This document shows positions 43,484-53,984 of a stretch of 64,000 bases of DNA, in pieces; positions within the stretch are counted from its first letter, which is position 1, and each line of letters starts with the position of its first letter. A program made the position numbers and the translations under genes. Source of the DNA: Leptolyngbyaceae cyanobacterium (GTDB lineage: Bacteria; Cyanobacteriota; Cyanobacteriia; Phormidesmidales; Phormidesmidaceae); NCBI GenBank assembly GCA_965263355.1, contig CBDHHL010000032.1, positions 736,001 through 800,000 of the forward strand, given 5' to 3'. The notes below the pieces were generated by a model, which did not search any database, had not been told where the DNA came from, and saw only the letters and a list, made by a program, of their open reading frames with translations.

Positions 43484-46345
43484 TTAGTTAACAACAGAGT
43501 AATTTTGTGGTTCTATATTGGCTGATTGCTTTCCATATTGAGCTGATGTTGGCACAGTCTCAGAGAGTTGTAATATACCGATGTTGAAATTGCCTTGTTG
43601 CTGATCAGAAATTTCAAACTCAAGCATGTCTGAACTATTTTGAGATAAATGCAACCTATAGAGCCCTGATTTTAGGCCAACTGCGACAAAACGACCTGTG
43701 CGATTAGTAAAAAACTCGACGATGGGCCAATTAGGATCTGATAAGGACTCTATCCATCCTTGTTGTAGGGTAACAGCTTCCTGGTTTTGATCAACCAATA
43801 CACCTCGCAACAATACGGTTGCCTCAGTTCCAGTTTTGATCAATGTTCCACTCCGATAGGTAGGTAAGAGTTGATAGCTTGGTTGGCCTAAATCTTCTCC
43901 CAAACTTAGCTCAGGTGCATCCAAGGACACTTGAGTCAATTGATAAGGTGCAATTGGAAGGACTGCAGCTCCTGAGCCATTGGCCTGCGCCATATCACCA
44001 GATAACGTAGGGTTGACATGTACAGTTTCTCCGACAGCGCTTCCCCGACGCGTTATCAAAGCAAAACTGTTATCGATAGGTCGAGACCAACCCCAAACCC
44101 CATCCACAAAAGCAATGGCTGTACCCCAAGTTACAGTAGAACTATTTTCAATCGAGCCCTTTTGATCACGGGGTAGCATAAATTGGTGATTTAATCCAAT
44201 GCTACTGCGGTAACCTTGGTACTGTAACTGTCCATTAATTCCATAGCTCTGAGGCGCTTGTGTCAGGGTCAGGTTCGGCGTTATTGAACCTAATGTGTGA
44301 TTTGGAGAATAGCTCCAATTGAGAGTGTTGTAGGGCTCTAACGTATTATTGAACTCTGTTCGTGTGTTAAACCGCTGGCCAGAAAATGGGAGTGCCCCAT
44401 TGAGGCCAATACTAAAGCGATGATTTGTCTCACGGGAAGAATCTTGACCATAGTGATAGCCAAGGTTAAGATTCATGCCTGACGCTAATGATCGAGATAG
44501 GTTTATGCCAATGTTATAAGCATCACTACCTTCTCGGTTGATTTGATACCCACCGTTGAACCTGGCTTGAATATTTTCTAAAATAGTCTGTTGATAGGTA
44601 ACGGATAGGTTCAATGCAGTTGAATTTTTGGGAGTTTCTTGACCCAAAATCGAAAAATCTTCACCTCGATATTCTAGCGCTAAGCGTAATTGTCGGTTTT
44701 GAGAAGAGTTTTGAGATGCTTCTAGCCATTCATAAAATAATTTGCCTGCAATATCTAACCCATGGTCAGTATGATTGCTCGTTGCCATATCCCAGCCAAT
44801 GTTACCGGCTGTAGTTGCCCAAGTACCATTTAGACCAACCATTTGTTGGGTAGTGTCTCCCTGTAAATAACCACCTAAGGTCAGATTAGGCGTTAGACCC
44901 ACCCGGTGGAACATCGATAACGTAGGTCGTGATAAATCATAAAATTTTAATGGCTGCTGTTCTATGACAGGAAATCCAGCATTATAGGCAAACTGATGAA
45001 CACCTTCAGCTAAAAGTTCACCAGCAACTCCAGTGGAAAAATTAAGAGTTTCTGTCTGTCCTAAGTCATTTGTAATTTCTAATCGAATATCATTAATACC
45101 CGTCTTTAAAGGTAAGTCACGAATATCTTGTGGGCCAGCCTCTAATTGCAAGGTGGTTGTTAATTCGTCATTGACAAAAACTTTAACCGTTGATGTCCGT
45201 TCCAAAAAAAAATTATATCTACTAGTAGGGCGTGCCACTCGAAATGGCTGTAGTGAAAAATTACGAACAATAGAAACTCCAAAAAGTGATGGGCTAGTTT
45301 GATACCCTGCTGTAGGGATTGATAAATCACCGAAGGTGTAGCGAATAGCTTGATCAGACGCATCTCGCACAATACTAAACCGATCTAGTTGCAATGATTG
45401 GCCTACTGTCGCCTGACCATAAGCTTCTAATACCCAGCCTTGCCAATTAATTGCCCCATCAAACTGTAAACCTAATGGCTCTAGCTTAGTGTCATCTGTC
45501 CAGTTAATTTTCTGGTTACCCCTTAAATTGAGATAGCCACTCAACTGACCAGGTAATGTTAATGCAGACTCACTAGGGCTATCCGAGGGACCACTAAGAC
45601 TATGAAAATTAGTGCGTCTGAGATCAGAAGGTACATTAACTTGAAGCTCTAAACGCCTGCGGTCAAAATGTGCTTCTAAACCTTCGCTCTGAATCGTTGA
45701 CAAGCTTAGTTGATCATCTGTAGCGATAGCCAATTGCAAATTACTTTGTATGATTTCACTCAAGCTATCTTGTACCAATGTCAAAAATGTATTGCCTGCT
45801 ATCATTACATGGGCAACTTCATTGTGGGGATGAATAAGAATATTCCCAGAGAAGCGACCATTAAGAATCATGGGTACTTCTATTTGAGCAGAGTTGAAAT
45901 CGGAAGGTTGTCCAAATACCTGTTCAAATAGCTGAGTCTCATCCAATGTAGTATTATCTGGTGCTTGAGCTATTGTTTGTGACTTGATTTGAATATTATC
46001 TGTTTCTAGCTGCGTATTATCTATTTCTATAGTGTCACCTGATACCTTAGAGAAATGAACTTCGCTTTTATCAGATTGTAAAGATAACTGTTGATTATGG
46101 CCTAAATCAGAAACTTCTGAGCCTTGGGCTAAAGTCTCTGAACGATGATCATCTAACAAATCAGGCTCTAAGTTCTTCTTTACAGAAAAGAGAACAACTA
46201 TTTTTGGCTCCTCAATGACCGATAAAACTTGCTGTTCAATATCCTCTTGAAATGCTTCTCCAGATATCTCAGGGTTAACGTTTATGGAAACAGAGTTTAC
46301 TTCTGCAGGAACAGCATTATAAGCATTAAATACAGGCGGGAACAT
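43484..46345 (-). CDS. fimbrial outer-membrane usher (chaperone-usher pathway)
   Basis: Beta-rich. GDL...GYQ...GVSIVRNFSLQP, STVKVFVN...LEAGPQDIRDLPL..G.NDI, SRPIDNSFALI, FFTNRTGRF. Confidence 0.9.
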   Translation of the reverse strand: MFPPVFNAYNAVPAEVNSVSINVNPEISGEAFQEDIEQQVLSVIEEPKIVVLFSVKKNLEPDLLDDHRSETLAQGSEVSDLGHNQQLSLQSDKSEVHFSKVSGDTIEIDNTQLETDNIQIKSQTIAQAPDNTTLDETQLFEQVFGQPSDFNSAQIEVPMILNGRFSGNILIHPHNEVAHVMIAGNTFLTLVQDSLSEIIQSNLQLAIATDDQLSLSTIQSEGLEAHFDRRRLELQVNVPSDLRRTNFHSLSGPSDSPSESALTLPGQLSGYLNLRGNQKINWTDDTKLEPLGLQFDGAINWQGWVLEAYGQATVGQSLQLDRFSIVRDASDQAIRYTFGDLSIPTAGYQTSPSLFGVSIVRNFSLQPFRVARPTSRYNFFLERTSTVKVFVNDELTTTLQLEAGPQDIRDLPLKTGINDIRLEITNDLGQTETLNFSTGVAGELLAEGVHQFAYNAGFPVIEQQPLKFYDLSRPTLSMFHRVGLTPNLTLGGYLQGDTTQQMVGLNGTWATTAGNIGWDMATSNHTDHGLDIAGKLFYEWLEASQNSSQNRQLRLALEYRGEDFSILGQETPKNSTALNLSVTYQQTILENIQARFNGGYQINREGSDAYNIGINLSRSLASGMNLNLGYHYGQDSSRETNHRFSIGLNGALPFSGQRFNTRTEFNNTLEPYNTLNWSYSPNHTLGSITPNLTLTQAPQSYGINGQLQYQGYRSSIGLNHQFMLPRDQKGSIENSSTVTWGTAIAFVDGVWGWSRPIDNSFALITRRGSAVGETVHVNPTLSGDMAQANGSGAAVLPIAPYQLTQVSLDAPELSLGEDLGQPSYQLLPTYRSGTLIKTGTEATVLLRGVLVDQNQEAVTLQQGWIESLSDPNWPIVEFFTNRTGRFVAVGLKSGLYRLHLSQNSSDMLEFEISDQQQGNFNIGILQLSETVPTSAQYGKQSANIEPQNYSVVN

Positions 46346-46372
46346 TTAAAAACCACTCTCAACTTATGAGAA

Positions 46373-47128
46373 TTAATTATCAAACTGAAAGGTAGCTGTT
46401 ACATCCCCAACAGGAAGTTCTTCTGGCCAGGAAAGATAAAATTGACGCTGTTGCCCTGGCAGTATTACTCGACCCTTCATTTCCTTCACATTTGCAGGAG
46501 TCAGTTGCACTGTCTGTCCCTGACCCACCAACTCTAACTGCCAGTCATTTAACCGAGCATTGCCATTTCCTTGATTTGCAAGAGTGACTAATAGCTTAGT
46601 CTCGCCGGAGTCGACTACCGTTGGCTCTACCGACACCAAACTGAGGTCAGGAACTACCCCTAGGGGACGAATAAAGACAGTTGTTACGTAGCGGAAAGAA
46701 AGCTTGATTTCTCCATGGGTTCGGGTAGGAACTTCTGCTTCAGGATCCAATAAATTTATGGGTAGCTGTTCTGCGATTAAGCGATAGGTTAACTCTTGAG
46801 CCGGGGCTGGATCACCCAGCCAGGTGACTCGCACCGTTTGAACTTCATCGGGTGCGAGGATCATTTGGGGGGGATAGACTAAAAAATCCTCCTCAGCAGG
46901 GGTAAAGTTTTCTTCGCCTGTAAGATTTATTTCAGTAGATACCATGGATACTTCAACGGCAATGGGCTCATCTGTGTTGTTAACAATCTCATAGGACTGA
47001 ATGGAGTCTGAGCCGGTTGGAGTAAATACCTGGGATAGAGGGTTGAATTGAAATGCCAGTGCTGTACGTATGCCGCTGAGCAGTAAAACTGTGGTTAAAG
47101 TTAGAATGGAAGAGAGAGATTTGATCAC
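46373..47128 (-). CDS. fimbrial periplasmic chaperone (PapD/CsuC/CccP-like)
   Basis: Signal peptide, FLVYPPQMILAP.E.QTVRV.W.G, E.TYRLIAEQLP, N.GN. Confidence 0.9.
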   Translation of the reverse strand: MIKSLSSILTLTTVLLLSGIRTALAFQFNPLSQVFTPTGSDSIQSYEIVNNTDEPIAVEVSMVSTEINLTGEENFTPAEEDFLVYPPQMILAPDEVQTVRVTWLGDPAPAQELTYRLIAEQLPINLLDPEAEVPTRTHGEIKLSFRYVTTVFIRPLGVVPDLSLVSVEPTVVDSGETKLLVTLANQGNGNARLNDWQLELVGQGQTVQLTPANVKEMKGRVILPGQQRQFYLSWPEELPVGDVTATFQFDN

Positions 47129-47130
47129 TG

Positions 47131-47598
47131 CTAATTATCACTAACGGAAAGGTCAATAGAGCCGGTATAGTTGCCGGGATCTTGAAACGTGAGGGGCGTG
47201 TAGCGGATATACACATCTCTATTTTCAGTCCCGGCAGAACCGGTATCATATGTATAGTTATTCCCTGACAATGTTGAGAAATCTCCACTGCTGGGAGGCG
47301 AAGCATTATCGGTAACCGTAGTCACCTGAAATGATATGGCTTGACCACCGACGCGATCGATATCTCCTGAGGAAATAGTCAGAGTTAACCCCGAACCACT
47401 ATCAGTTGAAATCTCGATGTCAGCGATTTTAACCACGTGGGTCGATGCGTTGCCTTCCCCATCTAAGTCAAGCTGACCAGCGTTGGTCGTGGATGTGGTG
47501 GTCAATGTAGGCGCTGCCAAAGCAGGCAGAACACATACACTCCAGAGTCCTACAATTAAGTATCCTGTTCGGATCACGACAAGCTTCACCTCCGTCAA
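47131..47598 (-). CDS. fimbrial subunit (spore coat U/CsuA-B/CccS-like), pilin 2
   Basis: Signal peptide ending ALA. Thr/Ser/Gly-rich beta sandwich ending PGNYTGSIDLSVSDN. Confidence 0.75.
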   Translation of the reverse strand: MTEVKLVVIRTGYLIVGLWSVCVLPALAAPTLTTTSTTNAGQLDLDGEGNASTHVVKIADIEISTDSGSGLTLTISSGDIDRVGGQAISFQVTTVTDNASPPSSGDFSTLSGNNYTYDTGSAGTENRDVYIRYTPLTFQDPGNYTGSIDLSVSDN

Positions 47599-47626
47599 TG
47601 ATATTTAAAAAGTCTCTAGAATAGAC

Positions 47627-48121
47627 TTAAGTGAGCTCGTTGTTGGAAATAGTCACGGTGATGTCATCGCTATAGGTGCCAGGATCCACGTACGCCGGAG
47701 CATCGTACTCAATGTATAAATCTTGAGCAGCTGCATTACTGTTAAAGTCGGTATTATCAACATTCACAACAGATGAGGCACTAGAAAAGTCACCATGGGC
47801 TGGTATGACTCCTTCATCAACAAGCAATAACTGACTAGTCAGGGTGCCATCACTACTGGCTGTTAGCTCAATACCCTGGCTGTTGTTCGCGGTTAGTGCG
47901 ATATCAGCTACTTTAATAACATTGTTATCATTAGATGTACCCTCACCGTAAAGGTTAAGTTGATCAGCATTACCAGCACCAGTGGTGCGAGTAACACTCA
48001 TAGTAGTATGGGCATTAACAGTACCACTAAGAGTAACAGTGTCAGCAAATGCAGCGGTGCTACCAAACATTAAAGTACCTGCTACCAAGCCAGCGATCAG
48101 TGCAAAACGACGCATAGTCAT
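47627..48121 (-). CDS. fimbrial subunit (spore coat U/CsuA-B/CccS-like), probable major pilin
   Basis: Signal peptide ending AAFA, N-terminal extension DTVTLSGTV, C-terminal PGTYSDDITVTIS. Paralogous to pilin 2. Confidence 0.8.
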   Translation of the reverse strand: MTMRRFALIAGLVAGTLMFGSTAAFADTVTLSGTVNAHTTMSVTRTTGAGNADQLNLYGEGTSNDNNVIKVADIALTANNSQGIELTASSDGTLTSQLLLVDEGVIPAHGDFSSASSVVNVDNTDFNSNAAAQDLYIEYDAPAYVDPGTYSDDITVTISNNELT

Positions 48122-49039
48122 AAACGAAATGCTCCAAAAGTCAATAAGTGATCCTCAAGAATTCTAAGGTGAAATAAACCTCAGAATTTAAAGCCAACAA
48201 CGAGAGAAAAAAGTGCCAACTTCCAAGAACTCAATACCCTAAGAGAGATTTTATTAGGGTGTCAAACTTGAGCTTGTTGTCTCTCGCTTACGAGTGTAAG
48301 AATTCTTTGGGGTATGGTCGTCACCATTCTTACGCAACTTTTTATACGAGCAAACTCTGTAAATTGCTTGATCCAAAGACGCTTCATTGCCTACAACAAC
48401 TTTAAATTTCAAATTAAAGATTCTTAAAATGAGTAACCATTATTACTAGAAAGCCAACCAATGCAGGAGATTCAGAAATTAAAAGTTGTATTAACTAGAA
48501 CGATAGTTTTCTGGCAAAAATACTGAAAGTTTTGAGAATCAAGACTAGTTAATTTCACAGAGACGATAATTTATAGCTACGCCAATTAGCATAGCCATCT
48601 AAGATAATTGGCGTTTTTTATAATAAAATCCATAAGACAAGAGCGCAATTATTTCAATACCCTATAGTCTCAAGGCAAGATCGATTCTTGGTTTAGCGAA
48701 TCACACAAATCTCAAGGCATAAGTTTTCTGCAGTTTAACTATGACCGAGAGTTGGCATGAAATCTGCTTGCCGCCTATCTGTAGCTTGCTATATTTTTTG
48801 AATCTCGTTTCTCCCTGAATTGGAAAACTGTCTGTGCAAAGAGGTTATCTTTTCTGGCTTCTTAGTTGTTGTCTCAGTCTTTAATACGTTCAAGTAAACT
48901 CTCATCAGATGATCGATCACTAGATGTTCTAGGTTTTTGACGCGCCAACTCATAAAAGATGGCTCTCGATCAATGTTGCAAATGACCAAATATCAATTTT
49001 TTTGACACTTTAGAATAAAGACTAGGTGATACTTGAATT

Positions 49040-50693
49040 GTAGCTGTCTATTTCTCCGTCAGGAGAGATGCTGAGAGGCAGTATAATAAAGAAGCCCCCA
49101 ACCCCGATAATTTATTGGATTCAAGGTTAGCGTTAGATGCCTTCAGATGATCTGACCCTACTCATCACTCAGCTCGGACTACGTCTTGAAGAACAAGGAC
49201 GTCAGCTTCAGTGTCAGGCAGAGCAGCTCGAAGAGCAACGCACTCAAATTAAGGAGCAAGCAGACCAGATAAAGGAGTTAGAGACTGAGAATAGTCGTTT
49301 GAAAGACCTTTTGAAGCAGCAAGGGGATTCCAAGGGGTCAAAAGCCCCGAAATTCAACGAGAACTATAGTGTCGATACGCATCAGGGTAATAAAAAAAGC
49401 AAACGATGACGTCAAGCGACAGGACGACGTTCTCATCAAAGCAAGTTATCGTTAATCGATGTTTACCAGGACGTGTATGAGCCAGGGGTGGATGCATCAG
49501 AGTGCATCGAACGGGGTCACCAGTATGTGTGGCGAATTATTGATGGGAAGGCGACCTATGTGTGCTATCGGTTATTTGCTCGCCCGCAGACTCAGGAGTT
49601 ACCAACCATTACCGGAGTTCGCAATCGCCTGAGTGAATACGGTATCGAGATTATTGTGACAGTGGCGTTCTTGCACTATTGGGTGGGGATATCGTTGGAT
49701 AATAGCTGTGGAGTGATTGGCTTCTTTACCGGATTAGTGTTGTCCAAGTCGCAAGCCAATTCCTTGCTTGAGCAATTGAGTCGTGACTGGCAAGCCCAAT
49801 ACGATACGATAGCGGAGTTACTGGCCCATCAATTGGTGCTCTACATTGACGAGACCGGGTGGAAAGTGGGCAATGGGAGTTGTTACACTTGGGTGTTTTC
49901 AACGACAATGCATGTGTTGTTCCGATGTGGTGTAAGTCGGGGCAAAGCAGAAGCTCAGGCCGTGGTCGGAGAGCAGTTTGCTGGCATTGGGGTGAGTGAT
50001 GATTATGGAGTGTACCAATCGTTATTCACCGAACACCAATTGTGTTGGGCACATCTACTGCGTAAAACAATTAAGTTGATGCTTCAGCATCCAGAGCAGA
50101 CCACATACAAGACCTTTTTGGACAGTCTTTATCGAATTTATCAACAGGCCGTTCGTTGGCAAAAGGACCAACGCTTAAGCTCAGGGCGTGCCGACAAAGT
50201 TAAGCAGTTACAACACCGTATTCGCAAATTATGTTGTGAGGCAGGTACTCCCATTGACAAGGAGACGATGGACACTGATCAGCAGACTTTTATTCGGTTA
50301 CAAAATGAATTGATCAATGGACTTGAGTCCTTATTTGTATTTGTGATTCATCCGGACGTGGAATCCACCAACAATCGTAGTGAACGGAATATCCGACGGG
50401 AGGCTGAAGTCAGAAAAGGGGGACGGACCAGTAAAACCCCACAAGGGGCAAAACGTCGAGGTATTATTATGACGGTATTAGCTACCTTGAATACTCGATT
50501 CGAGCACTTTACCCTCAACCTCCTGTTAACTGAAATTAACCGATGGATAGAGGACGGACAATCTCTGTTTCAGTCTGAATTGGATAATATCTATCAGGCT
50601 CAGCCTCCACCCATTGCTTAATCTCTTAAACCAACGCTAATTACCTTGGTCTCTCTGTAGAGGCAACAGTTAGTGGTTTAAATAGACACTTAC
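49040..50693 (+). mobile_element. IS66-family element (single-ORF type), inactivated
   Basis: TIRs GTAGCTGTCTATTT / revcomp GTAAGTGTCTATTT (12/14). 8-bp direct repeat CTTGAATT at 49032-49039 and 50694-50701. Confidence 0.92.
49137..50621 (+). pseudogene. IS66 transposase with one in-frame TGA (49407-49409)
   Basis: ORFs 49137..49409 and 49473..50621 are in the same frame, which is open between them. Motifs DETGW, QLCWAHLLRK, TNNRSERNIR. Confidence 0.88.
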
Positions 50694-50983
50694 CTTGAAT
50701 TTCCGTCGTTTAATTTAGCTTTTGATAAGCTATCATTCATTCTTCTTGTTATTTCTTGAGGCTTTTAGCATCTGAAAGGAGGATTTTCTGCTACTGCTGC
50801 ACTCGGTCAAACCTTAGCCAATTACTTTGACAAAGGCGAGGGCTTATCTCTACTTGGTTAGAGAAATCACCTAGCAGGTAAACAAAATTCAAGGGAATTA
50901 CGCAAGCACTTTGTTATAGATCTAGTCACTTTTTCTCAACCAAATATCTAGTTAAATAGATTACCTTATTTAATAAATCAATG

Positions 50984-52519
50984 GTAACTACTTAGGCTTA
51001 AAAAAATAATGAAATATCCTAACTGATGGTCAGGTTCCAGGTAGGTGACCAGTGAGCAAGCAACACCCACCAATTCAGCTGAGCGAAGCAGAGATCCGTG
51101 CAGTGTATGCGGAAGGAGAAGAGGCTGTGGTGAGTTTGGTGACTCAGTTGATGGAACGTCTCACCAAGGTAGAAACCCAAGTCAGTGAGCTCAAAGGCCG
51201 CTTAGGCAAAACCAGTCGAAATAGTCATAAACCACCGTCAGGTGATGGCTTTGGGAAACGCACTAAGAGCTTACGGCGTAAAAGCGACAAGTCATCGGGT
51301 GGTCAGCCTGGTCATCGCGGTCATACCCTTGAATGGAGCAGCGATCCGGATTTTGTGACTCCCCATGAGGTGACGGTGTGTTCAGGGTGTGGAGAGTCGT
51401 TAGTGAGTGTCCCTGTCGATGAGGTGTTAGCTCGTCAAGTAGTTGACATTCGACCGATAGAGTCATTGGTCACTGAGCATCAAGTCGAGGTAAAACGTTG
51501 CCCGAAATGTGGTCAGTCCACTCAAGGGAGCTTTCCTGCTGAGGCCAGCACGGTTGTGCAGTATGGTCCTCGTCTCAAGGCCATGATGGTGTACCTGATG
51601 GAGGGACAACTGTTACCGTCGCATCGAGCCTGTGAGGTGTTGAAGGACTTAATGAACGTGAGCGTTTCAGACGGAACGTTTTACACCACCCGTGACCAGT
51701 GCTTTGAGCATCTAGGGCCGATAGAGGCAACGATTAAGCAAGCCATAGAGGCCAGTGAGGTTGTTCACTTTGATGAGACCAGTCTGCGGGTCAATCAGCG
51801 TCTGTGGTGGTTGCATGTAGCCTCAACCAATGGGTTGACCTACTACTTTGTCCATCCCAAACGGGGGCAAGTGGCCATGGAGGCGATGGGAGTGTTACCA
51901 GAGGTTGAGGGTAAGGCCGTGCATGATGGTTGGAAGAGTTACCCACTGTATGACTGTGAGCATTTTCTGTGTAATGCCCATCATTTGAGAGAACTGCAGT
52001 ACATGCTAGAACGTTATGGTCAGTGGTGGGCCTTTCAACTAAGTCTGCTATTGGTGACGATTCATACTCACCTCGAAAGCCTTAAAGCCCAGGGGAAACA
52101 GAGGGTATCGATTGAGGACTTGGCCGCATTTGAGTCCCGATATGACGCCATTTTAGAGCAGGGGTTTGCCCAAAACCCAATGCCCCCTCCGTCAAAACCC
52201 AAAAAACGGGGACGACCGAAACGTCCACCCCCGCTTAACCTACTGAAGCGCTTACGTAATCAAAAGGTCTCGGTACTCGGCTTTATGTACGATTTCTCGA
52301 TTCCCTTTGACAACAATCAAGCCGAGCGTGACCTCCGCATGATGAAACTGAAACAGAAAATCTCGGGATGCTTCCGATCTGAGGATGGGGCTAAACAGTT
52401 CTGTCGTATTCGTGGCTATTTGGCTACTTTACGAAAACAAGGGCACAATGTGTGGGACGCGCTTGTCGATTTGTTCTCTGGAAATCCTCAATCACCTCTG
52501 CCACAGCCTAAGTAGTTAC
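50984..52519 (+). mobile_element. IS66-family element (single-ORF type), apparently intact
   Basis: Perfect 15-bp TIR GTAACTACTTAGGCT / AGCCTAAGTAGTTAC. 8-bp direct repeat AATCAATG at 50976-50983 and 52520-52527. Confidence 0.95.
51052..52515 (+). CDS. IS66 family transposase (TnpC)
   Basis: SRNSHKPPSGD, GGQPGH.G, CSGCG/CPKCG zinc ribbon, HFDETS, CNAHHLREL, DNNQAERDLR. Confidence 0.95.
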   Translation: MSKQHPPIQLSEAEIRAVYAEGEEAVVSLVTQLMERLTKVETQVSELKGRLGKTSRNSHKPPSGDGFGKRTKSLRRKSDKSSGGQPGHRGHTLEWSSDPDFVTPHEVTVCSGCGESLVSVPVDEVLARQVVDIRPIESLVTEHQVEVKRCPKCGQSTQGSFPAEASTVVQYGPRLKAMMVYLMEGQLLPSHRACEVLKDLMNVSVSDGTFYTTRDQCFEHLGPIEATIKQAIEASEVVHFDETSLRVNQRLWWLHVASTNGLTYYFVHPKRGQVAMEAMGVLPEVEGKAVHDGWKSYPLYDCEHFLCNAHHLRELQYMLERYGQWWAFQLSLLLVTIHTHLESLKAQGKQRVSIEDLAAFESRYDAILEQGFAQNPMPPPSKPKKRGRPKRPPPLNLLKRLRNQKVSVLGFMYDFSIPFDNNQAERDLRMMKLKQKISGCFRSEDGAKQFCRIRGYLATLRKQGHNVWDALVDLFSGNPQSPLPQPK

Positions 52520-52676
52520 AATCAATGAATAAACTTAAGTTAGCGCGTCTACTACTCTTCTCTTCTAGGTTATGCATGGTGGCAACTACAAAGTTTTCCA
52601 GATATCAGGTGCTTTTATCTATCAATGATTACTTTCCATCATCAAATTTCATTTGTCTATCATCGAAAGCCCTTAA

Positions 52677-53168
52677 ATGACAATACAAAAACATGCTCTG
52701 ATGCAACGAATTCTAGAGCAGTTACCACTAGAAGAACGCTATTCATTTAGTGAACACCAGATTGAAGCTCTCCATCGATCGGCTCTAGCCCTACCTAAAG
52801 CAAAGCATGCAATCAATATACGTTGGTCAATTCCCTTGCCAGGCAAAGGAATATATCTAGTTTTCTTTGCAGGAAAAGAACGACGTTCACATAAACGCCT
52901 ACTTACTGATGGAGACTTTCAGGTACTTCCCAGAGTTGTTCTTATTCTTAGTACATTTCTTGGTTGCGCGCTCGTATTTAGTTTAGCTTATAGTCAGCGT
53001 ATATTATCTGTATCTAAACAGCGTTCAGTATCTAGCTTGGATAAGCCATCAGATATGATCCATCCAACTGTAGTGCCCTTCAAATACGATCAAGAGCAAT
53101 GCGAGGCAAGTTTTCGTGAATGGAAAGATAATGAATGTGTTGACTATGAACATGATCATACTTTCTAA
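52677..53168 (+). CDS. hypothetical protein with one TM helix
   Basis: HAINIRWSIP..G..YLVFFAGKERRS motif, a TM helix and a C-terminal Cys pair. Confidence 0.65.
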   Translation: MTIQKHALMQRILEQLPLEERYSFSEHQIEALHRSALALPKAKHAINIRWSIPLPGKGIYLVFFAGKERRSHKRLLTDGDFQVLPRVVLILSTFLGCALVFSLAYSQRILSVSKQRSVSSLDKPSDMIHPTVVPFKYDQEQCEASFREWKDNECVDYEHDHTF

Positions 53169-53222
53169 ACCCAACTCTGAACTCAGTTACTAAAATAATC
53201 ATATGGATAAAATAAGCTATAC

Positions 53223-53888
53223 GGCACCTCGATTAATTCCCAAAATGGGTCTCAATTTTTACACCTCGGCCTCGAAGATGCGGTGCCAGATGAAAAAACG
53301 GTGTGGTTATTTCGAGAGCGCTTACGTAAAGCAGAGTTGGTAGGGCCATTATTTGAGCAGTTTGGTGCGTATCTCAATGCTACGGGTTACCAGGCCCAGT
53401 GTGGCCAAATTGTGGATGCCACGTTGGTGCCGGTTCTCAAACAACGGAATACCCGAGATGAGAATGCCGAGGTCAAAGCCGGTAAGGTGCCAGAAGATTG
53501 GCAGGATAAACCTCACAAGCTATCGCAAAAAGATGTGGATGCTCGCTGGACGAAAAAGAATGCTCAGACCTATTACGGCTATAAAAACCATATCAATCGG
53601 GATGCAGGGCATGGCTTTATTCGTCGTTACACAGTGACCGATGCATCGGTCCATGATTCGAAAGTGCTCGGTCAATTGCTCGATGTCGACAATAGCGATG
53701 GTGAGATTTGGGCCGATAGTGCCTATCTATCGACTGCCATCGTGGCGGTGTTGACGATGATGGGCTTTGAGAGTCATATCAATGAACGAGCTTATCGTAA
53801 TCGGCCCCTGAATGAACAACAGATTGCCGACTACCGGGAATGCTCCAAAACCCAAGTCAAGGTTGAACATGTGTTTGGTTCGATTTAA
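53223..53888 (+). pseudogene. IS5-family transposase remnant (truncated at both ends)
   Basis: FLHLGLEDAVPDEKTVWLFRE, IVDATLV, DARWTKK, YGYKNHI, ADSAY, VEHVFG then stop. N-terminus missing. A possible left end GGCACCTCGA lies at 53223. Confidence 0.85.
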
Positions 53889-53984
53889 AGAAGCTATGAG
53901 AAGAAAATTCTCTCCGTGAAACACCTAATGCATATTAGATTTTTCTCAATTAAATTGGTACTGTATTGACTATCATCCGTCACC

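Noticed and set aside
48122..49039. CRP box (TGTGA-N6-TCACA) upstream of the pilins, expected by analogy with Synechocystis cccS
   Set aside because: Only half-sites found (TCACA at 48555 and 48701) without a matching left half.
49380..49473. Programmed -1 frameshift at the A-rich run in the first IS66
   Set aside because: Both ORFs are in the same frame, so a single nonsense codon explains the split.
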